From: Pseudomonadota bacterium
GTDB taxonomy: Bacteria > Pseudomonadota > Gammaproteobacteria > JAAEPA01
Length of the DNA stretch: 32,002 nt
Direction of reading: 5' to 3'
Assembly: GCA_039714615.1 (NCBI GenBank)
Contig: JBDLIZ010000002.1
Span: 1 to 32,002 of the forward strand
The notes beneath the pieces were generated by a model. The model did no database searches and was not told the DNA's origin. It saw only the letters and a list, made by a program, of their open reading frames with translations. The number at the start of each line of letters is the position of its first letter. Position 1 is the stretch's first letter. A program made the position numbers and the translations under genes. Positions 8,684 to 15,204 of the stretch are shown one piece after another.

Positions 8684-11600
8684 ATGCAGTCGATCAAACC
8701 TGTTTTTGAAGATTCTTTCAGACAACTCATTCTGCTCGGCCTCTGCCTATCGATGGCGACCTGGTCATCCCAGGCAAACGGCATTGTATTAGACGATTTT
8801 GAGGATGTCGGTGATTGGAAAACGTCCACATCCGAGGGTGTCGATCTCGAAATCGCCCAGGATAAAGGCCATACCGGGATGGCGATGAGACTGGACTTCG
8901 ATTTCCATGACTACAATGGCGGTGGATTCGTGCTCGCGCGTAAGACCCTGCCAATCACATTACCTGCAAACTATTCCTTCTCTTTTTATATCCGTGGCGA
9001 AGCGCCGCTGAATAACTTTGAATTCAAACTGATCGATCCCTCCGGGCAGAATGTCTGGTGGTTCAATCGGCGAAATTTTGAATTTCCGCGTAAGTGGCAA
9101 AAAATCACCATCAAAAAACGTCACATCGGATTCGCATGGGGTCCGGCGGGAGGTGAGTTGAAAGAGGCTGCAACCATCGAGTTTGCGATCTCTGCGGGTA
9201 AAGGGAAAAAGGGCTCGGTGTGGATAGACGAATTAATCTTCGAAGAACGCGAACCCCTAGCCGAACATCATGAATTTCCCCTGGTACGCGCATCCACGAC
9301 GGCCGCCGGTTACGAGGCCTCCTCGGTGTTTGAAAAGGATCCGGCGACCATGTGGAAAAGCGGTTCCATTGCCGAGGGTCAGTGGCTGCAACTGGACTTC
9401 AAGCAAAAACGCGAATACGGCGGGCTGATCATCGATTGGGGCCTGGAGGATTACGCCGAGGCCTACGAGGTCCAGATATCCGATAATGGTAAAGACTGGG
9501 CGCGCGTCTATTCCGTTGCTTCCAGCAACGGTGACCGGGACTACGTCTACCTGCCGGACTCCGAGTCGCGCTATCTGCGCCTGGATCTGCAACGCAGCAG
9601 CCGAGGACAGGGTTACAGCATCGAGTCCATTGAGATCAAACCCTATCAGTTTTCGGCATCGCCAAATAACCTCTTTGCGGCCATTGCGCGCGATTCCGCG
9701 AGGGGCGCCTACCCGAGATATTTCTCCGGAGAGCAATCCTACTGGACTGTCGTCGGGGTGAACGGAGACCAAAAGGAGGCACTGATCAACGAAGAAGGTA
9801 TGGTGGAGATCGACAAAACCAGTTTCTCTATCGAACCCTTTCTCTACATCGACGATCGTCTGATCACCTGGAACGATGTCAATGTGAGCCAGGAGCTTGA
9901 AAACGATTACCTGCCTATTCCCTCCGTCCTCTGGGATCACTCAGGATTGAAGCTCAAGATCACGAGCTTTGCCGCGGGAGAGTCAGGAGAATCTTTGCTT
10001 TATCTGCGATACCAGGTAAAAAATACGACTGACCAAAAGCGCCAAGGCAAACTGTTCCTTGCATTGCGCCCCTTTCAGGTCAACCCCCCCTGGCAGTCCT
10101 TGAATATGACGGGAGGAATGGGGCATATCAAGGAGCTGTTCGCCGACAACGGCACCATACGGGTGAATAACAACAAGACCGTAATAAGTCTATCGGCAAC
10201 CGAGCACTTCGGCGCCGTGAAGTTTGCCCAGGGCAGTATCACGGATTTTCTTCGCACCGGCACCCTGCCACGCCAGAGTACTGTGTTCGATCATCTCGGT
10301 TACGCCTCCGGGGCCCTCGAATACCCTCTAGATCTACTGCCCAGAGAGAGCAAGGAAGTCTACCTCATCGTACCCTTCCACCAGACCAAGCCCCTGGTGT
10401 TAAAAGACCGCTCAGAGGAGGCGATCGCCCGCTTGTGGACCGAGGCATTCGATGCCACACACCGTTACTGGGAATCCAAGCTCAACCTCATCGATCTTCA
10501 ACTTCCTTCCTCACCGGCGACCCGCAAGATCGTCAATACCCTCAAGACCACCCTGGCCTATATTCTCATCAATCGTGATGGTTCCGCCCTTCAACCGGGC
10601 TCGCGCGCCTACGAGCGTTCCTGGATACGCGATGGTGCCATTACCTCGACGGCATTGATGAACCTGGGTCACACCCAAGAGGTGCGTAAGTTCATCGAAT
10701 GGTATGCGGATTACCAATTCAGCAATGGCAAGGTCCCCTGCTGTGTGGATACCCGGGGTGCGGATTCAGTCCCGGAAAACGACAGTCATGGGCAGTGGAT
10801 TTATCTGGTCATGGAGTATTATCGCAACACCCGGGACACCGGTTTTCTCACCGAGATGTGGCCCTATGTCGTGAAGGCCGCTAATTATATCAACCACCTG
10901 CGCCAGCAACGCATCACGGAGGCCTACCTGAAACCGGAGAAAAGCGTGCTATACGGTCTGGTTCCTGAATCCATCAGCCACGAGGGATACTCTTCCAATC
11001 CCGTGCACTCCTACTGGGATGATTTTTTCACCCTCAGAGGTCTAAAAGACGCCACAGATATCGCCACGATACTGGGTGAAGAGGAGTACGCGACCAACTT
11101 CAAACGCATACGTGATGCCTTCAGCGAGGCGCTGTTCGAATCCATTACCCGCAGCATCACCATGCATGGAATCGATTTCATCCCCGGCGCGGCGGAACTC
11201 GGGGATTTCGATCCCGCCGCCACCACCATCGGTATCGATCCGGTTGGTGAGATGGTCAAGCTACCGCAAGCAGCCCTGACCAGGACCTTCGAAAAATACT
11301 ACCAGATCCTGCGCGAGCGCAGCCAAGACGGCATGCATTGGGAGGCCTACACCCCCTATGAACTGAGGGCAGTGGGAACCTTTATCCGTATGGGACTCAA
11401 GGATCGCGCCCATGAAGCCCTGGATTTTTTCTTTCAGGATCAGCGTCCACCGGCTTGGAATCATTGGGGAGAGATCGTGTGGCGCGATCGCAATGCCCCG
11501 AAATTCATCGGCGACCTGCCTCACACCTGGGTCGGTGCGGAATACATTCGCGCGGTACGCAGCCTGTTCCTTTATGAACGAGAGAGGGACGACGCCCTGG

Positions 11601-11893
11601 TACTCGGAGCGGGCATTCCGGAACAATGGGTCGTAAACGGAACCGGCGTTACATTAAAACGCTACCCGACCTATTTTGGGACGCTCAATTACAGCATGAG
11701 TCATTTGCAGGACGGTGCTATCCATTTGCGCATGAGCGGTGACCTGAACCTGCCACCTGGGGGTATCGTGGTCCACTCACCGCTGAATTCCTCCCTCAAG
11801 GGGGTGACTGTCAACGGCGAGACGATCGAAAAATTTGCGACGGATAAAGTTATCGTCAGGCAATTCCCGGCAGAGGTTGTATTACACTATTAG
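8684..11893 (+). CDS. Secreted 1,069-aa discoidin (F5/8 type C) domain protein with a C-terminal six-hairpin glycosidase-like domain; putative glycoside hydrolase
   Basis: The start is set at MQSIKPVFEDSFRQLILLGLCLSMATWSSQANG (signal peptide). The discoidin-like segment is EGQWLQLDFKQKREYGGLIIDWG...YEVQISDNGKDWARVY. The C-terminal region has the RSWIRDGAITSTAL motif reminiscent of GH15-like (alpha/alpha)6 barrels. Confidence 0.7.
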   Translation: MQSIKPVFEDSFRQLILLGLCLSMATWSSQANGIVLDDFEDVGDWKTSTSEGVDLEIAQDKGHTGMAMRLDFDFHDYNGGGFVLARKTLPITLPANYSFSFYIRGEAPLNNFEFKLIDPSGQNVWWFNRRNFEFPRKWQKITIKKRHIGFAWGPAGGELKEAATIEFAISAGKGKKGSVWIDELIFEEREPLAEHHEFPLVRASTTAAGYEASSVFEKDPATMWKSGSIAEGQWLQLDFKQKREYGGLIIDWGLEDYAEAYEVQISDNGKDWARVYSVASSNGDRDYVYLPDSESRYLRLDLQRSSRGQGYSIESIEIKPYQFSASPNNLFAAIARDSARGAYPRYFSGEQSYWTVVGVNGDQKEALINEEGMVEIDKTSFSIEPFLYIDDRLITWNDVNVSQELENDYLPIPSVLWDHSGLKLKITSFAAGESGESLLYLRYQVKNTTDQKRQGKLFLALRPFQVNPPWQSLNMTGGMGHIKELFADNGTIRVNNNKTVISLSATEHFGAVKFAQGSITDFLRTGTLPRQSTVFDHLGYASGALEYPLDLLPRESKEVYLIVPFHQTKPLVLKDRSEEAIARLWTEAFDATHRYWESKLNLIDLQLPSSPATRKIVNTLKTTLAYILINRDGSALQPGSRAYERSWIRDGAITSTALMNLGHTQEVRKFIEWYADYQFSNGKVPCCVDTRGADSVPENDSHGQWIYLVMEYYRNTRDTGFLTEMWPYVVKAANYINHLRQQRITEAYLKPEKSVLYGLVPESISHEGYSSNPVHSYWDDFFTLRGLKDATDIATILGEEEYATNFKRIRDAFSEALFESITRSITMHGIDFIPGAAELGDFDPAATTIGIDPVGEMVKLPQAALTRTFEKYYQILRERSQDGMHWEAYTPYELRAVGTFIRMGLKDRAHEALDFFFQDQRPPAWNHWGEIVWRDRNAPKFIGDLPHTWVGAEYIRAVRSLFLYERERDDALVLGAGIPEQWVVNGTGVTLKRYPTYFGTLNYSMSHLQDGAIHLRMSGDLNLPPGGIVVHSPLNSSLKGVTVNGETIEKFATDKVIVRQFPAEVVLHY

Positions 11894-12138
11894 TGGGACG
11901 GCGGCATGGATACAGCGGATCTAGCAAGATGTCTGACGAACATCTTGCCCGCCAACACCCGTCCATCTTCACCTCCATGATGAAGCTCCGGTCGATAGCC
12001 TTCTTCTTTCCCTGCCCGGACAAAGGCCTCATATCTTTGTCGACACGTCTTCAGCCGTTTGGCAAACTGACTCAGTACCCAATCGGTTTCTAGCCAGCAC
12101 TGCAGGGGGACGCCGTAGACTGCGAACTTGCTGAGCAT
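11890..12138 (-). pseudogene. C-terminal remnant of an IS200-like / REP-associated tyrosine-transposase family gene
   Basis: The 82-aa ORF contains WLETDWVLSQFAKRLKTCRQRYEAFVRAGKEEGYRPE, resembling the C-terminal tail of COG1943-type transposases. The catalytic N-terminal part is absent. Its 3' end overlaps the stop of the neighbouring gene. Confidence 0.45.
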
Positions 12139-12160
12139 TGAGAAGGGGGAGCAAAAGGCA

Positions 12161-12176
12161 AGACCCGACCCTGTTT
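12161..12176 (+). repeat. Left copy of a 16-bp direct repeat AGACCNGACCCTGTTT bounding the AT-rich acyltransferase-PilZ gene
   Basis: AGACCCGACCCTGTTT at 12161-12176 versus AGACCAGACCCTGTTT at 13725-13740 (15/16 identical). Confidence 0.6.
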
Positions 12177-12339
12177 TCCTCGCAATAATTTTTGGTTTTT
12201 CACTATCAATTCACTGCGAACGGGCAACCTGAATTTATTTAAACATCCTGCTAGCAAGCAGCCTCATGTTATCGGAGTTCGTACCGATATCTTAGCTGTC
12301 AGAGTTGCTGAAAGATGATTAGATTCAGGGGGGAAATCG

Positions 12340-13605
12340 ATGAATTTGCACTCCTTACAGGTTGTTACCAATCAACTATTCAATTCTTTCGTAAACTTGA
12401 AGCCGGTTACCCCTTGTAAGTATCGAAAGAAAATTCGGCTTAAATATCATCTGGATAAGCCTTACAATGTCAAGATCGCCGATACCTTAAATGAAATCGA
12501 GCAAGCCTACACCATGCTACAAGATTGCTACCAAGAAAGTGGGATTTTACGCAATCGGAAGGATACACCGATGCGGATAACCAAGTATCAAATCATCCCG
12601 AGCACTTCTCTGATCGTTCTAAAACTTCACGACGAAGTCATTGGCACAGTCTCTCTGATTGAAGACTCGCCGTTCGGTCTCCCTGTTGACCAGATGAGTG
12701 ATCTGCGCTTCCTACGTAAAACCGGCAAGAAAATATCCGAAGTTTCATCCTTTGCCATCAAAAAAAAATATCGAATGAAGGGGCTGCAATTCCTGATCAT
12801 CAATTTTATTCTTAGATACTCTCAATCCATCGCTGGAATTGATTATTGGGTAATTTCAACCCATCCGAGAACCATCAATTTCTATAAAAAATGTCTCGGA
12901 TTTCTTCCGATCGACCGCAAAACCAGAAAGTACGGCTTTGTAGAGGGCTCCGAAGCCTACGCTCAATACTTAGATATCGACCCCAGCACCTATCGCAAAA
13001 CTCTGAGAAAAATGTATCACAACACGGAGAAGTCAAAGAACCTATTACAATATTTTGACACTGACTTCTCCAACCATTTTAAATTTCGAACCTTAAAATA
13101 CTACAATGCAACTTCCTACATTATGTCGCCTAAAATCGTCGATTATTTCTTCAAGCGACAATCGAATGTTTTAGAACAACTATCCTATTATGAAATCGAA
13201 TTTCTAAAATCCATCTACAATTCTGTCGACTATAAAAAGATCATTGATAACCAGGGCTATAACGACGAAATGGCTACTCAGTTCAAACAAAAGGTGGAAC
13301 AACGATTTTATGTGAACTGTCAAGGCAAGGTCTTGTACAACAACACCACTCGGGTTGGTGATGTCAAAATTATCGACGTTTCTCTCAATGGTTTAAAAGG
13401 TATTGTGGGCAAAAATCTTATACTAAAAAATGCAGAACATGTCATGTTGGTTTTAGAAATTGCCCATCGGAGCAACATTACTATTGAAGCCGAGGTGACC
13501 TGGCAACGAGAAAAGCGAATTGGATTTAAAATCTTGGTTTCACCGCATTCCCAGTGGCGAGAATTTATTGACTATCTTACCTGTTTTTATGAGAAGGTTG
13601 CGTAG
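12340..13605 (+). CDS. Fusion protein: FeeM-like (GNAT-fold N-acyl amino acid synthase-like) acyltransferase domain plus C-terminal PilZ domain
   Basis: 421 aa with GGGGGAA RBS. The N-terminal half (...VIGTVSLIEDSPFGLPVDQMSDLRFLRKTGKKISEVSSFAIKKKYR...FYKKCLGFLPI) resembles the FeeM/Acetyltransf_5 family. The C-terminal ~100 aa has a PilZ-like beta-barrel pattern with DVSLNG (DxSxxG). G+C is low: 19-23 of 60 on three sampled lines. Confidence 0.6.
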   Translation: MNLHSLQVVTNQLFNSFVNLKPVTPCKYRKKIRLKYHLDKPYNVKIADTLNEIEQAYTMLQDCYQESGILRNRKDTPMRITKYQIIPSTSLIVLKLHDEVIGTVSLIEDSPFGLPVDQMSDLRFLRKTGKKISEVSSFAIKKKYRMKGLQFLIINFILRYSQSIAGIDYWVISTHPRTINFYKKCLGFLPIDRKTRKYGFVEGSEAYAQYLDIDPSTYRKTLRKMYHNTEKSKNLLQYFDTDFSNHFKFRTLKYYNATSYIMSPKIVDYFFKRQSNVLEQLSYYEIEFLKSIYNSVDYKKIIDNQGYNDEMATQFKQKVEQRFYVNCQGKVLYNNTTRVGDVKIIDVSLNGLKGIVGKNLILKNAEHVMLVLEIAHRSNITIEAEVTWQREKRIGFKILVSPHSQWREFIDYLTCFYEKVA

Positions 13606-13724
13606 AATTCGGATCAGAGCAACTTTTCAAATGTATCCTTTGCGAGCCGAAACCAAGTTGGCATCCCCGACCGGGACTTGCACCCGGCAAGAAACACCAA
13701 GCTTTGCTTGGCGCACTAGAATCT

Positions 13725-13740
13725 AGACCAGACCCTGTTT
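13725..13740 (+). repeat. Right copy of the 16-bp direct repeat AGACCNGACCCTGTTT
   Basis: See the 12161-12176 feature. Confidence 0.6.
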
Positions 13741-13788
13741 GTGTTTGCTCAATTTATATTAATATCGATTTAAGTTCACGCCAAGTGA

Positions 13789-13868
13789 TTAAGTGTGCGA
13801 ACATCGGTCTAGGCTCGGCTGACGCTTTCGGTTAACGAAAGGGACCGATCATCCTGGCTTACACTTAA
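13789..13868. repeat. Nested inverted repeats forming a roughly 80-nt compound hairpin
   Basis: Three nested complementary pairs: TTAAGTGT (13789-96) with ACACTTAA (13861-68), ATCGGTC (13803-09) with GACCGAT (13843-49), and CTTTCG (13825-30) with CGAAAG (13836-41). Confidence 0.6.
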
Positions 13869-13903
13869 ATACGCTGTCAAAAGGGCTGGCATAACATCAA
13901 TTA

Positions 13904-14137
13904 CTAATTCTCCCTTGCGCGCCATGCCCAACGCTGGCCGAACCCGTTCGATGCCTCCGTAACTATGGACTTGCCATCGCCTGCAAATACAACCGCGAAA
14001 CGACCGTCATCGTAAAATGCGGCATTATAGAGCGCAGATTGAGAATGCTCCCATGTCATTAGTGCTGAGTCTCGGCCTTCACAGCCACTCAACGAGACAG
14101 CCAATATGATTGAATAGACAAGAGTTTTTGTTTGCAC
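13904..14137 (-). CDS. Small lipoprotein of unknown function
   Basis: 77-aa ORF (GTG start) with signal peptide and lipobox: MQTKTLVYSIILAVSLSG-C. The RBS is weak, so confidence is moderate. Confidence 0.5.
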   Translation of the reverse strand: MQTKTLVYSIILAVSLSGCEGRDSALMTWEHSQSALYNAAFYDDGRFAVVFAGDGKSIVTEASNGFGQRWAWRAREN

Positions 14138-14327
14138 GCCTGATCTCGAGTGATTTAAAAAGGAGTTGTTGCGTTCCCCTACCCCACGAACTCGTCCTGC
14201 TGTGTTCCAGTTTAGCGGCTTGAAGGGAACGAAATTTAATCCGCGGTCAACGATATCCTGTACCCATCATGGATAACTTCTGAGTTATAATCCGCTGACC
14301 TTGAATGATTAAAGCTGGAATCCTTAA

Positions 14328-14624
14328 ATGAACACAAACGACTGGTCGAAGGAAAAACGCATACTTGTGGTGATGAGAAAGCTCTTGGCAAATATAGTCA
14401 AAGACACCGCTCCCAGACCTGGATTGCATCATCCCTTGAAAGAACAGACCATTCAGGACATCCGAGAAGGCTTCAAGCTGATCTCCGCACGAGAACGCGA
14501 GCTGGCCGAGGAGGCGGGGTTGATCGTCAGAGATCGCCCACGATACGCCGATGAACCACAGAAGACTAAGGTGGTTTCCTTCAAGAGCGTAAAGAATAGC
14601 CGTTCTGAGGAATCGATGGATTAG
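14328..14624 (+). CDS. Conserved-looking small hypothetical protein (98 aa)
   Basis: ORF with ATG start and charged C-terminus. The segment VVMRKLLANIVKDTAPRPGLHHPLKEQTIQDIREGFKLISARERELAEE resembles a small gammaproteobacterial protein family I cannot name. Confidence 0.6.
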   Translation: MNTNDWSKEKRILVVMRKLLANIVKDTAPRPGLHHPLKEQTIQDIREGFKLISARERELAEEAGLIVRDRPRYADEPQKTKVVSFKSVKNSRSEESMD

Positions 14625-14652
14625 AAATGCGTATACACGAGGAGGTCCTCGA

Positions 14653-15093
14653 ATGAACTGCTATCTCAGTGTTTCCACTGCGGCCAAGATGGCCGGTGTT
14701 AGCCGCAGTCATATTCAAAAAAAGATTCGCAAGGGGAAACTGAGCACTTTTGAAGGCAAAGTATCGGTATCGGATCTTATCCTTGCCTATCCTGATATCG
14801 AACTCGAAGATACCACCGTACTGGAACGGATGTCCCGAATTCAACGAAATGCCACCCACAAAACCCTAGAAATCGATTGCCCTAAAGAACAGCTCATGGC
14901 GGCAGAACTGGGTCGTCTGCGCCTGGAACTGGCAGATTCCAAGGCTGAAATTCAGCGCTACCATAAACTGGTACTGGGTCTGAAACAGCGGTTGATGGAC
15001 ATTCAAGAAGAGGATGATTGCACGCGGCGGCAAAGGCTCGTTTTACAAGCACTCATCAGTTGGATGCTGCAAAAGGTAGAGCAACAAGCTTAA
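14653..15093 (+). CDS. Helix-turn-helix (excisionase/MerR-like HTH) protein with a coiled-coil C-terminal half
   Basis: 146 aa with a GAGGAGG RBS 7 nt upstream. The N-terminus LSVSTAAKMAGVSRSHIQKKIRKGKL is a typical HTH_17-like motif. The C-terminal half is heptad-rich. Confidence 0.65.
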   Translation: MNCYLSVSTAAKMAGVSRSHIQKKIRKGKLSTFEGKVSVSDLILAYPDIELEDTTVLERMSRIQRNATHKTLEIDCPKEQLMAAELGRLRLELADSKAEIQRYHKLVLGLKQRLMDIQEEDDCTRRQRLVLQALISWMLQKVEQQA

Positions 15094-15100
15094 TCTGTAT

Positions 15101-15177
15101 CATTAAGGAGTCATTAAGGAGTCATTAAGGAGTCATTAAGGAGTCATTAAGGAGTCATTAAGGAGTCATTAAGGAGT
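15101..15177. repeat. Tandem array of the 11-bp unit CATTAAGGAGT, 7 perfect copies
   Basis: Direct reading. The array fills the convergent intergenic gap between the HTH gene (stop 15093) and the hrpA 3' end (15205). Confidence 0.97.
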
Positions 15178-15204
15178 CACTGCCATCCCGGTCAGGAATG
15201 CGGA

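Noticed and set aside
13659-13712. A tRNA-like 3' end on the minus strand (…CCGGG-TGCAAGT-CCCGG-TCGGGGA-T-GCCA) with an upstream stem-loop
   Set aside because: There is no matching 5' acceptor strand or D-arm. The anticodon-like loop lacks U33, the T-loop deviates from TTCRANT, and the CCA is out of register. At best it is a degenerate tRNA 3' fragment left by island integration, not a gene.
13520-13726. A 68-aa ORF overlapping the end of the acyltransferase-PilZ gene
   Set aside because: It is an alternate-frame overlap running into non-coding repeat sequence, with no RBS and no recognisable motif.
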